From contig JBBSQY010000025.1 in NCBI GenBank assembly GCA_038243585.1, positions 1 to 45,629 on the forward strand: a stretch of DNA of 45,629 bases. The letters run 5' to 3'. Position numbers and translations under genes: made by a program. Below the pieces are notes generated by a model. It saw nothing but the letters and a program-made list of their open reading frames with translations, searched no databases and had not been told where the DNA came from. The stretch comes from Candidatus Sumerlaeales bacterium (GTDB lineage: Bacteria > Sumerlaeota > Sumerlaeia > Sumerlaeales > Sumerlaeaceae). This document shows positions 10,201-18,648 of this stretch, piece by piece. The first letter of the stretch is position 1, and every line of letters begins with the position of its first letter.

Positions 10201-10920
10201 ATTTGCCATAATGTAACGGCCATCAGCATCCTTCGCAAACACGAAGTTCGGAATCAGGTCGATGATCTGCCGTAATTCTCGCCGCTGGGCGTCCACTCGA
10301 ATAGCGCTGTACTTTCGATCGGAAATATCAGTAGCCACCACAATCACCCGCTTACCCAGAGTGCCTGCGGAATGGATCGGCACGAAGGCCACGGAATAGA
10401 ACCTTGGAATAGTCTGATAGCGATATACGACCTCACCGCCACTTGGTTGACCGGTCGATAGCGCCTTATCCATAAAATCGAGAAAGCCGGTGAACTTTTC
10501 TTCCGCGAAGAGATCGCGACCGGAGGCCCCAACAGCCTCATCAGCGGAAATTTTTAACAAAGACAATGCCAGCGTATTAAAATAGGATCCTTGGCACTTC
10601 TCTGTAAAAATCATTGCCGGCCCCGGATAACGTTCCAAGGCGGCCAGCAACGCATTATCGGTTTGCAGTCTTTCTTCGATCAACCTCTCTATGCTACGCA
10701 GAAAGCCATGAAATGTTGCCAAAAGAACAACAGCCGTAACCAGTATAAATAAGATACCCTTGGCAGACTCTGCCATACTATGATAACTAGGATTGACCAG
10801 AGTGAGTAAAGCCCAATCCGATACCACAATATATATACAGCCTAAAATGAGGTATAGAACAACTATACTCAACGCGCGTTTTGCCGACACGCGACTAAAG
10901 CTTTGAGGGGTCTGCTGCAT
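7240..10920 (-). CDS. Membrane-anchored PAS/GAF sensor diguanylate cyclase (GGDEF domain, no EAL)
   Basis: Two N-terminal TM helices, several PAS/PAC and two GAF-like domains, HDPLTGLPNR, DLDNFK, RLND I-site, AGDEF active-site motif. Confidence 0.9.
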   Translation of the reverse strand: MQQTPQSFSRVSAKRALSIVVLYLILGCIYIVVSDWALLTLVNPSYHSMAESAKGILFILVTAVVLLATFHGFLRSIERLIEERLQTDNALLAALERYPGPAMIFTEKCQGSYFNTLALSLLKISADEAVGASGRDLFAEEKFTGFLDFMDKALSTGQPSGGEVVYRYQTIPRFYSVAFVPIHSAGTLGKRVIVVATDISDRKYSAIRVDAQRRELRQIIDLIPNFVFAKDADGRYIMANKAFAQFHGLSVNEIIGLNVSTILPDAAITDDIIAQDEEVINQAVMVHRPCQTVMGASGDDRSFQVTKLPFLTEGDERNAILCIAVDITEQLEHQREIDRSRKQFQALVEHSLDPLFVYNDSEFITLVNEKACALVGMHSDELLGKHLSVALKYENGDDSASVDLPFCQDGASFQTAVHREGSDPIPVEIRVGSLPGDGGRAFLAEVRDISERLRIERETTDLAHLGLALSASRTSDEIARALFDAVSARLPVDAFFCSMRMSGKSKFRYKLRGCRVNGEMEFQPDLDHEISASSVHSEIYKGGPSLILRHADEDIDKELFPFSRCESSSQTMMFIPVSDGDQTFALISVQSFETGAYKPDDVKFVQKVVSLAAPAFESAQSARRGAVFARLGRELGAAGTAEEVAEQIAVMADDLTGWDCCVVALYSAEDDTLVYIYLSDIVNGKRERMREPNNSKKPNGFSRRVLTEGPFLLLREDSVEIENFVPLSRSPRPSLSMIWAPIPGKDGPTGFISLQSYAYQAYDGNDLDTLLALAGHCGAALNRTASQELLRYREERYQLAIESSGAAAYQMEYSTQEFLFINRQIETITGYTRDQITPALLKEITIELQVDPSCSGRVDQTGSRSYSRWRAVMKIRRRDGEERWVSDQSIQVENALGVAVGTLGILRDITDEKRTEIALRASEERYALSARGANDGLWDWNLQENTIYLSERWGEMLGLGPDDSLTDPEQWFERIHPFDLESSKGLMQDHLDGKTEHFESEVRTMHQDGRFRWMLIRGVAVRDKDGQATRIAGSQTDITNRVHTQERLLHDTLHDPLTGLPNRAFLMEHVAQCLGRARRRDSYRFAVVFMDLDNFKEINDSHGHLAGDNVLVAIAQRLKEIVRLNDIVARFAGDEFVLVLDSVESEADVLQILTRAQALIAEPIDGNDQLLTSACAGIALVTTAYANPEEVLRDADIALYQAKSEGSGRWKFFSADVTPDPEISTP

Positions 10921-11021
10921 TTAAAGTGCTTTCAGGACTAACAATAAGGAAGATGTAAAACTAAGCTGCTTTTTTGACCGCCACCGATACTTAATGCTTT
11001 TTCAGGACTTTTTTTTCAGGG

Positions 11022-11981
11022 TCACAATGAGGTGTCAATAAAGTTTTTTATGTTTTGGATCTCTTCCTGTGAAAGGCGAAATTCCAGAGCCCTCGCGACC
11101 CCTTCCACTTGGCTCCGGCTTCGGCCGCCCACTATTGCCCCTGTTACAGCAGAATGATGCAGCACCCATGCGACCGCCACGGCAGCCGTAGGCACCTGTC
11201 GTTTTGTCCCAATCTCTTTCAACAAATCCACGAGGGCAAGATTTCGCGACAACTTAGGCTCCTGGAATTCAGGATTCCGGCTCCGCCAGTCGTCAGACGA
11301 TAAACCTGCCGCCCGCTCCTTTGTCATGCCGCCCGTCAACATTCCACTAAGCATCGGCGAATACACGATCACGCCGATCCCCTGCTCTTCCGTAAACGGC
11401 AAAATCTTTTCCTCAATAGAGCGCCTTAGCATGTTATAAGGAGGCTGAAGCGAAGTAATTGGTGATATCTCCTGCGCCCTCCGCATCTGGTCGACACTGA
11501 AATTGCTCACACCAATCCAACGAACCTTGCCTTCCTGCTTCAGACGGGCCATCTCTGTCCATGCCTCTTCAATATCCTCATCAGGGTTTGGCCAGTGAAT
11601 TTGGTAAAGATCTATAACATCCGTGCGCAGGCGGCGGAGGCTGTCTTCGCACTCCCGGCGAATGCTTCCAGCTTTAAGGTGCTGCGTAACTTCATTCTTT
11701 TCGTCCCATACCATTCCACACTTCGTAAAGATCAGGGGTCGATCGCCTTTATATTCCGCCAGAGCCTGCGCGATAACCTCCTCGGAATGTCCCAGTCCAT
11801 AAACCGCCGCAGTATCGATCCAGTTCATCCCGCTTTCTATAGCGGCATGGATAGCGTGGATGGACTCTTTGTCGTCCTGATCGCCCCAACCAAACGCATA
11901 TCCACTTCCACCCACCGCCCAGGATCCAAATCCTACTGGGGTAATTTCCATATCGCTGTTGCCTAGCAGACTGGTTTTCAT
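11022..11981 (-). CDS. Aldo/keto reductase
   Basis: GFGSWAVGG, IDTAAVYG, IDLYQIHWP, IGVSNF, SLQPPYN motifs. Confidence 0.95.
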   Translation of the reverse strand: MKTSLLGNSDMEITPVGFGSWAVGGSGYAFGWGDQDDKESIHAIHAAIESGMNWIDTAAVYGLGHSEEVIAQALAEYKGDRPLIFTKCGMVWDEKNEVTQHLKAGSIRRECEDSLRRLRTDVIDLYQIHWPNPDEDIEEAWTEMARLKQEGKVRWIGVSNFSVDQMRRAQEISPITSLQPPYNMLRRSIEEKILPFTEEQGIGVIVYSPMLSGMLTGGMTKERAAGLSSDDWRSRNPEFQEPKLSRNLALVDLLKEIGTKRQVPTAAVAVAWVLHHSAVTGAIVGGRSRSQVEGVARALEFRLSQEEIQNIKNFIDTSL

Positions 11982-12048
11982 TTGTCAGAAGTCCTTTAAT
12001 ATTTATAAGAGCAGAGCTGCCGTAACTTCAAGGTTTCTAAGACAAACT

Positions 12049-12080
12049 AAAAAGACGGATAGACATTTAGTCTACCCGCC
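12049..12080 (-). terminator. Intrinsic terminator hairpin upstream of the aldo/keto reductase gene
   Basis: Minus-strand GGCGGGUAGAC-UAAAU-GUCUAUCCGUC followed by UUUUU (11-bp stem including G-U pairs). Confidence 0.75.
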
Positions 12081-12245
12081 CAGTCACATTTACGGAGCTG
12101 CCATTTCTCGTGTAGGTTGCTGCCCCGTTGTCGGCCACAACTCCGCATAGACCAGGCGATTGGCGCCGCCCCGGTCAATTCCCGCATGACCACATCGCTT
12201 TCGGCTACGTCTCGTACGAAGGAATCAATCAGGGTTCACCTATTA
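12049..12245 (-). ncRNA. Candidate structured non-coding RNA or attenuating leader, family not recognised
   Basis: Several nested stems that pair only on the minus strand through G-U pairs, ending in a terminator; 5' boundary is approximate. Confidence 0.45.
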
Positions 12246-12268
12246 ACGAATTGCGATAGCAAGACAAA

Positions 12269-12287
12269 TCGCACAAAATATGTGCGA
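12269..12287. promoter_or_regulatory. Inverted repeat, putative transcription-factor operator
   Basis: TCGCACA-aaata-TGTGCGA perfect 7-5-7 dyad in a divergent intergenic region. Confidence 0.45.
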
Positions 12288-12423
12288 AACTTAAGTTCAT
12301 TGCATTCAGCTTCTTAAGGAATCGCTACTTTATGTAGTTTTATATTGCGAAAAGGTGATAAGGGCTAGGATTTTGCGTGTCCTCATTCCTATTGTATTCC
12401 ATCTGACTTTACTGGAGTTGTTA

Positions 12424-13743
12424 ATGTCCAAAAACCTTCACATTCTGACCTTGGTTCTTGTTGCCGCGACCGGCAACTTGGCCAATGCTCAGGATAATAC
12501 AACGTCTACCGCCGCACCTCGGGCCCTCTTGACCGGGGAAGCCGCCATGGGCGACTGGACTACCGACGCCCCTGGTGTGCGGCGAAAATTGACACCGCAA
12601 GACATGCCGGAGCCTTATGCAACGAAGACAGTTGATAACGGACCGAAAATAGTAAAGCGTCCGGACGGCGCAGTACCAAATGTGCCCGAAGGATTTAAAG
12701 CTGAACTATTTGCGGAAAATTTGGAAGGACCGCGCATGATCCGAGTCGCCCCGAACGGCGACCTGTTTGTTTCGGAGAGCAACGCTAATAAAGTTAAAGT
12801 TCTCCGGGACACCAACAACGACGGCAAGGCCGACTTAATAGAAACCTTCGCAGAAGGACTTAACAAACCGTTCGGCATCGCCTTTTATCCTCCGGGAGAA
12901 AACCCCACCCACGTCTACGTTGCGAACACTGGATCGGTTGTCAGATTCGCCTATGAGACCAGCTCAACAAAAGCCACCACCGAACCAGAAACAATTGTAT
13001 CCGATTTATCAGGCGGCGGTTTGTTACGCGGCGGAGGACACTGGACCCGGGATATAGAATTCTCTCCTGATGGAAAAAAGATGTTCGTCTCTGTAGGATC
13101 TAAATCAAACGCGAGCGACGATGAGGTGGAAAAGCGTAGAGCACGCATCTTCGAATACACCCCTGATGGAAAAAATGAACGCGTCTACGCCGAAGGAATC
13201 CGTAATCCGGTAGCCATCCGTGTACACCCCCAAACCGGCGCGCTCTGGACTAGCGTCAATGAGAGAGACGGCCTGGGTGATCATTTGGTACCGGACTATA
13301 TTACTTCCATAAAAGATGGCGGATTCTACGGATGGCCTTGGTTCTACATAGGCGCGAACCAGGACCCGCGCCATAAAGATAAACATCCCGAACTAAAAGA
13401 CAAAGTCATCGTTCCCGATGTGCTGTTGCAGTCTCACACCGCCTCCCTCGGCATGGAATTTTACACCGGCAACCAGTTCCCGGCGGAATATAAAAACGGT
13501 GCCTTCGCTGCACATCACGGCTCATGGAATCGCGCCCGTCGCACCGGTTATAAAGTCGTATTCGTACCCGTGCAAAATGGTAAAGCCACCGGGGAATATG
13601 TCGATTTCATGACTGGATTTGTCGCCGACAAAAACGGCGTATGGGGTCGTCCCGTAGCCGTGGCCACAGGAAAAGACGGCAGCCTGTTTGTTAGCGACGA
13701 CGGGGGCAAAGTTATCTGGCGGGTAAGCTATTCCGGAAACTAA
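12424..13743 (+). CDS. Secreted L-sorbosone dehydrogenase / PQQ-dependent sugar dehydrogenase family protein
   Basis: Signal peptide; GGGHWTRDI, GIRNPV, NERDGLGD..VPDY, YGWPW, HGSWNR, GRPVAV motifs. Confidence 0.9.
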   Translation: MSKNLHILTLVLVAATGNLANAQDNTTSTAAPRALLTGEAAMGDWTTDAPGVRRKLTPQDMPEPYATKTVDNGPKIVKRPDGAVPNVPEGFKAELFAENLEGPRMIRVAPNGDLFVSESNANKVKVLRDTNNDGKADLIETFAEGLNKPFGIAFYPPGENPTHVYVANTGSVVRFAYETSSTKATTEPETIVSDLSGGGLLRGGGHWTRDIEFSPDGKKMFVSVGSKSNASDDEVEKRRARIFEYTPDGKNERVYAEGIRNPVAIRVHPQTGALWTSVNERDGLGDHLVPDYITSIKDGGFYGWPWFYIGANQDPRHKDKHPELKDKVIVPDVLLQSHTASLGMEFYTGNQFPAEYKNGAFAAHHGSWNRARRTGYKVVFVPVQNGKATGEYVDFMTGFVADKNGVWGRPVAVATGKDGSLFVSDDGGKVIWRVSYSGN

Positions 13744-13772
13744 AGTTCAAAAAGGGCCAACCCTAATAATAA

Positions 13773-13856
13773 ACTAAATGGACGATGGACATTGTGGACA
13801 CTATGGGCAAATTATACAACGCCCACTATTAAGTCCATAATGTCCATTTAGTCCAT
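13773..13856. repeat. Inverted arrangement of GTCCAT-type repeats forming a hairpin between convergent genes
   Basis: ATGGAC/GTGGAC/ATGGGC at 13778, 13785, 13794, 13803; GCCCAC/GTCCAT at 13821, 13833, 13842, 13851. Confidence 0.75.
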
Positions 13857-13887
13857 GATGCCTGTTTCGCACATAGACTACTGGACC

Positions 13888-14376
13888 TTATCCCCGCCGC
13901 GGAATCTCAATAAAAATAATTTCAAACGATTTATCCGGACGAACTTCGATGACAGCCACCGAAGGCACATCCCTAAACCGGGGTCGGCCCGCCGCTCCCG
14001 CATTAAGGATTACAACCCCGTTTTCCTTCTCGTTCTTCGCAATATGGCTGTGTCCGTGGATGATGATTTTCGGCTCTTCACCCTGAAAAAATTCAACTGC
14101 AGACACATTATAACGCGCCTGATCGAGCAGATGTCCGTGAGTCATGCAGATTTTAACCCCAGCCAGTTCGCCGCACCATTTAAGCGGGCGCCGTTTACTG
14201 ACTCCAAAATCAACATTTCCTGAAACCGCGCTTACCGGCGCAATCTCCTCAAGTTCATCAAGTATGCGGTCTTCGCCCACATCTCCTGAATGCAAGATAT
14301 GGCTAACCCCGTCAAACGCATGAAACACGTATCCATCCAGGTAACCGTGGGTGTCGGATATGACGCCAATGCGCAT
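13888..14376 (-). CDS. Metallophosphoesterase, YfcE/MJ0936 family
   Basis: ISDTHG, HSGD, GNVD, THGH, HGHSH metal-binding motifs; alternative TTG start at 14391 overlaps the upstream stop. Confidence 0.9.
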   Translation of the reverse strand: MRIGVISDTHGYLDGYVFHAFDGVSHILHSGDVGEDRILDELEEIAPVSAVSGNVDFGVSKRRPLKWCGELAGVKICMTHGHLLDQARYNVSAVEFFQGEEPKIIIHGHSHIAKNEKENGVVILNAGAAGRPRFRDVPSVAVIEVRPDKSFEIIFIEIPRRG

Positions 14377-14387
14377 GGGTGACCCGC

Positions 14388-14981
14388 TCAAATCAGGTTC
14401 GGCACGCCTGCCGGGGCTTCGCCGTTCTCTGGCAGTTCCTGGTCAGTCGTTATCTGGTATTGCTGCAGGATATTTGCAACATTCTGCAGCGGGAGCTGCA
14501 CTTGCATATCCACTCCGCCCTGCGCAAGCGGCTGCGATCCGACATCCTGCGCACGGCTGATCTCCTGCTCCACCGCATGACGAATCGTTATGTAGCTATC
14601 CATAATGGATCCTACTGTTTGATCTGTGCCCACTGGCAGACCGCTCACCTGCGCTTTAAGGTTTCTAAGAGCGTCCACCCTTGCGGAATTTTTCGCCGCC
14701 AGATCCGCTTGGACCGCCGGCACTCCTTCCGCCGCAGTGCCCTTACCCGAAGCTTCCAGCGTTTGCCCGGCCCACTGAAAGCCGCTGGGATGCGCCGTCA
14801 AAACAACGTTTGGCTGCGCGCTCGCCGGCGGTTCACTGACATTGCTGGTATTGATGATCGATTTACCGGGCGGCAGCGCCGTGGTGGAACAAGCCGTAAA
14901 TATTCCAACAAACACAACTGCCACAACCACTAACTTTGATACTCGTTCTAAATCAATGTTCATCTTGAAGAAGATCTCCAT
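14388..14981 (-). CDS. Lipoprotein, LPP20-like
   Basis: Lipobox FTAC after a hydrophobic stretch; 'AKNSARVDALRNL..QVSGL.V' resembles the LPP20 helix. Confidence 0.65.
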   Translation of the reverse strand: MEIFFKMNIDLERVSKLVVVAVVFVGIFTACSTTALPPGKSIINTSNVSEPPASAQPNVVLTAHPSGFQWAGQTLEASGKGTAAEGVPAVQADLAAKNSARVDALRNLKAQVSGLPVGTDQTVGSIMDSYITIRHAVEQEISRAQDVGSQPLAQGGVDMQVQLPLQNVANILQQYQITTDQELPENGEAPAGVPNLI

Positions 14982-15089
14982 AATGCTCCGTTACATCTGC
15001 AGTTCTATTTGAATTGCACTTCGGTACGAATGCTTACCACAAAAAAGGTTCCGTTTTTATACAATTTCAACCTGAATTGGAGAGAAGCC

Positions 15090-15533
15090 GTGAAGGTCGT
15101 GCTGCAGCGCGTAACAAATGCCTCCGTTACTGTAAACGGCGAAACCGTTGGTTCTATTGGCCGTGGCATCTTGCTATTAACCGGAATGGCCACTGGAGAT
15201 AACCAGGAGATTATGGAAGCCACGGCGGCGAAAATAGTCAATTTGCGAATCTTCGATGATGAAGAGGGAAAAATGAACCTCTCGCTGCTGGACACCGGGG
15301 GGGCCATCCTGGCCGTAAGCCAGTTTACGCTGTTCGCCGACTGCCGAAAAGGACGGAGACCCAGCTATATGGGCGCAGCGCCGGCGGCGGAAGCAAAGCA
15401 GTTGTTCCAGGACTTTGTCCAGGTTCTAAAAAAAACCGGCGCCACCGTGGAGACTGGACAATTCCAGGCTACGATGGACGTACAGCTTAACAACTGGGGA
15501 CCCGTAACGATCATTCTCGACAGCAGCGAGTAA
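15090..15533 (+). CDS. dtd: D-aminoacyl-tRNA deacylase
   Basis: MKVVLQRV start (GTG, RBS GGAG), SQFTL and N.GPVT signature motifs. Confidence 0.95.
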   Translation: MKVVLQRVTNASVTVNGETVGSIGRGILLLTGMATGDNQEIMEATAAKIVNLRIFDDEEGKMNLSLLDTGGAILAVSQFTLFADCRKGRRPSYMGAAPAAEAKQLFQDFVQVLKKTGATVETGQFQATMDVQLNNWGPVTIILDSSE

Positions 15534-15557
15534 GTAGGACGGGCATTCCTGCCCGTC
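15534..15557 (+). repeat. REP-like palindrome (GTAG type)
   Basis: GTAG followed by GACGGGCA-TTCC-TGCCCGTC, immediately after the dtd stop. Confidence 0.7.
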
Positions 15558-15962
15558 TCGCACGGCTTCAGTGACATGAAAAGCCGCCAGCCTGGAACCT
15601 TGCGCCCATTGAGCAACGAGAGATTCAAAATAGGGGCTTCGCAGAACGGAGACCACCGACAATTCTCCATTCATCACTACAAGACCATTCGTTTTTGTGA
15701 AATATAATTTTCCTGCGAATGAACCTAAAAACCTAATGTCTACCTATTTACTGGATGTTAGGCTTACTTTTATATATTCTTTGCCCACCCGCTCTCGCCC
15801 AGCTGATTATTCATCGAGGGAATAAGGTGAGAAAGCCAAACGAACACCAGGGTTTCCATATGGTATTGCTTCGCAATGCAGCAGACAAACACATGCAGCG
15901 GCTTTTTCTCCACACGAGACATCAGCCACACTTTCAGTTAAAGCAAAGGTAGTTTCGCCACA

Positions 15963-17855
15963 ATGTCCATAGATGCGTCTCTGGCAGGTCTATCCCAAAA
16001 TGAGAATGTCGATCGTTCTGAAGCAACAACAAGAGGGTTACCTGCATCAGCCGGAAGGTCCCCAGTAATTAATGATCTGGTCATTTCCATCGCCACAAGC
16101 AACGGCACAGGAAGTCAGTCCGCCAACAACATCCTTATGCGTACCATCTTTAACATGGGCGTGCCGGTAGGCGGCAAAAACCTGTTTCCCTCAAACATTC
16201 AAGGGCTACCCACATGGTTTGATATCAGGGTTAATAAAGACGATTGGACTTGTCGCCGCGCGGGCGTAGACGTTTGTGTCGCGATGAATGCTGAAAGCGT
16301 TCGCGACGATATGGCGGATCTTCGCCCGGGTGCAATCCTGGTAATCAATGAAGACCTTAAAGCTTTTATTAATCGCGACGACTTGATAATTTACGTGGTC
16401 CCTTTTTCCAAGCTGGTAGTTCCTATCTGCCCCGATGGCCGCCTGCGCCGTCTGGTGGTCAATATGATGTACGTCGGCGTAGTCGGCTGGCTATTGGGTC
16501 TGGACGTGGCAGATCTGGAAAAGGCCATTCAGAAGCAGTTCGGCAAAAAACCTGCGGCCCTGGAGCTGAACAAAAACGCCGCCGTCGGCGGGTATGAATG
16601 GGCGACCGAAAATCTTGAACCCCAGGATTTGTTTGCCATCGAGCGGATGACCGGCAAGGCCGAAGGCAAAGTGATCATGGATGGCAATATGGCCGCAGCT
16701 TTGGGCCTGCTTTATGGAGGTGTGGGTTTACTGGCCTGGTATCCGATCACTCCCAGCTCCAGTGTTTGCGAAAATCTCATTCACTTCCTTGGCAAATATC
16801 GCCATGATGCCGACGGCAAGGCAACCTATGCCGTGGTGCAGGCAGAAGATGAGTTGGCGGCCATCGGCATGGTGGTCGGCGCCGGCTGGGCTGGCGTTCG
16901 CGGGGTAACAGCCACTAGCGGCCCTGGAATATCTCTGATGGCGGAGTTCGCAGGACTAAGTTACTTTACAGAAATCCCCGCCGTTATTGTGGATGTCCAA
17001 CGCATGGGACCATCGACCGGTCTGCCCACACGCACCTGCCAGGGCGATATCGCAAAAGCCTACAATCTATCTCATGGCGACTGCAAACACGTTCTTCTCA
17101 TCCCCGGATCATTGCAGGAAGCATTTGATTTCGGTATTGAAGTTCTCAACCTTGCCGAACGTCTGCAAACTTTGATTTTCCTGATGCTTGACCTCGACCA
17201 GGGTATGAATAATTACATGGTTGACCCTATCACCGTTGACAGGAAACCCCTTGACCGCGGCAAGATTCTCGATGCCGAAGGTCTTAACCAGGTCCAGGAA
17301 TTCGCGCGTTATCGCGATGTGGACGGAGATGGTATCCCCTACCGCACGGTCCCCGGCACGAATCACCCCAAAGCCGCCTTCTTCACCCGTGGCACTGGTC
17401 ATACAGACCGCGCCACCTATTCAGAAAAGCCAGAAGACTGGCAGAGCAACATGGACCGCCTGGTACGAAAGTTCGATACCGCCCGCACCATCGTGCCGCA
17501 ACCCGTTATCCAGACCCACGAAAATGCCAATATGGCTATCATCGCCTACGGCAGCAGCGAGGCGCCAGTACAGGAAGCCAGGACTCGCCTGCAAAATGAG
17601 CACGGAATATCGACCGACTACCTGCGCATCCGAGCCCTGCCCGTCAGCGATATAGTAAGGCAGTTTATCGCAAAGCACGAACGCGTGATCGTGATCGAAC
17701 AGAACCGCGATGCCCAGATGGCCTCCATCCTGCGCGCCGAATATCCGGATCTGGCCCCGCGCATCTCAACGCTGCTCCATTACAACGGGCTTCCACTCGA
17801 TGCCCAGACAGTCATAAACGGAGCATTGCCCCAGATTACTAGCGCCGCGCTGTGA
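15963..17855 (+). CDS. korA: 2-oxoacid:acceptor oxidoreductase subunit alpha
   Basis: NGTGSQSAN, FPSNIQGLPTW, WYPITPSS, QAEDELAA, ATSGPG, QRMGPSTGLPT motifs; substrate specificity not determinable. Confidence 0.9.
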   Translation: MSIDASLAGLSQNENVDRSEATTRGLPASAGRSPVINDLVISIATSNGTGSQSANNILMRTIFNMGVPVGGKNLFPSNIQGLPTWFDIRVNKDDWTCRRAGVDVCVAMNAESVRDDMADLRPGAILVINEDLKAFINRDDLIIYVVPFSKLVVPICPDGRLRRLVVNMMYVGVVGWLLGLDVADLEKAIQKQFGKKPAALELNKNAAVGGYEWATENLEPQDLFAIERMTGKAEGKVIMDGNMAAALGLLYGGVGLLAWYPITPSSSVCENLIHFLGKYRHDADGKATYAVVQAEDELAAIGMVVGAGWAGVRGVTATSGPGISLMAEFAGLSYFTEIPAVIVDVQRMGPSTGLPTRTCQGDIAKAYNLSHGDCKHVLLIPGSLQEAFDFGIEVLNLAERLQTLIFLMLDLDQGMNNYMVDPITVDRKPLDRGKILDAEGLNQVQEFARYRDVDGDGIPYRTVPGTNHPKAAFFTRGTGHTDRATYSEKPEDWQSNMDRLVRKFDTARTIVPQPVIQTHENANMAIIAYGSSEAPVQEARTRLQNEHGISTDYLRIRALPVSDIVRQFIAKHERVIVIEQNRDAQMASILRAEYPDLAPRISTLLHYNGLPLDAQTVINGALPQITSAAL

Positions 17856-17889
17856 GTAAGGCTAATCGCCAGGCAAGGAGGCAACACCG

Positions 17890-18156
17890 ATGAGTGAGGC
17901 AATTGACATTCACGGTCATTTTGACGGTACATTCATTGTGTTGGATGAACCGGTTAATTTGCCCGTAAATGAACCTTTGATTCTTCGGGTGGAGAAAGAC
18001 AAGAATGCAACGGAATCCAATAAGATTCCAGTTGCTGAGAAAACCATTGAACAGCGTAAAGCCGCTTTGAGAAAGCTTGTAAAAATGATGGAGAACAATC
18101 CGGATATTCCAATCGAAGCTACTCGCCGCATTCATATGTATGACGATGGACACTAA
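17890..18156 (+). CDS. Putative antitoxin (AF2212/DUF104-like N-terminal beta motif)
   Basis: Strong RBS AAGGAGG; 'IHGHFDGTFIVLDEPVNLP' beta-rich start; overlaps the downstream PIN gene. Confidence 0.65.
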   Translation: MSEAIDIHGHFDGTFIVLDEPVNLPVNEPLILRVEKDKNATESNKIPVAEKTIEQRKAALRKLVKMMENNPDIPIEATRRIHMYDDGH

Positions 18157-18631
18157 GACTGCCCATTCAACGAAAAGAATTTTAGTTGACACAAATATAC
18201 TTTTGCGAATGCCAAGGCTTGGTTTGCCGTCATCCGAGAAAGAAACACAAACTGGGATAAGCATCGAAGCAATTCTGACTGCGAGCCGAATCCCATGCAT
18301 AACATTTCAAAATATTGCCGAATTTTGGTCTACTGCGGGAAGGCCTGTCGAACAAAATGGGTTAGCCATGACGGTTAACGACATCTATAAGCAGGTGGAG
18401 CAATTTGAAGAACTTTTTGAGATACTTCCGGATCGAACTGAAGCATTTGAAATTTGGAAGAGATTGTGTATCCAGCATCAGGTAAGGGGTCGTCGAGTAC
18501 ACGATGTGCGTTTGGTGGCGACGGCACTTTCCAATGGTGTTTTTGAAGTACTGACACATAATATCAAAGATTTTTGTCAGTTTGAGGAACTCTCAATATT
18601 TAACCCTGATTTAAAAACAACAACTTTCTAA
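18140..18631 (+). CDS. PIN-domain (VapC-like) toxin
   Basis: ILVDTNILL, QNIAEF, VHDVRLVA, LTHNIKDF carry the PIN acidic residues; start 18140 or 18146. Confidence 0.85.
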   Translation: MTMDTKTAHSTKRILVDTNILLRMPRLGLPSSEKETQTGISIEAILTASRIPCITFQNIAEFWSTAGRPVEQNGLAMTVNDIYKQVEQFEELFEILPDRTEAFEIWKRLCIQHQVRGRRVHDVRLVATALSNGVFEVLTHNIKDFCQFEELSIFNPDLKTTTF

Positions 18632-18648
18632 CCGGTTAGGAACAACTT

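Noticed and set aside
12085..12235. RNA candidate as a SAM-I riboswitch (GCAGCAACC) or hammerhead ribozyme (CUGAUUGA...GAAA)
   Set aside because: The other required core elements are absent (AUCAAGAG and the kink-turn for SAM-I; CUGANGA with stem II for hammerhead)
5450..13856. GTCCAT arrays or REPs as a CRISPR array
   Set aside because: Units are 6-9 bp with no unique 30-40 bp spacers, and no cas genes are present
15695..15714. TTGTGAAATATAATTTTC as a Rex operator upstream of korA
   Set aside because: Only one half-site matches TTGTGAA-N4-TTCACAA
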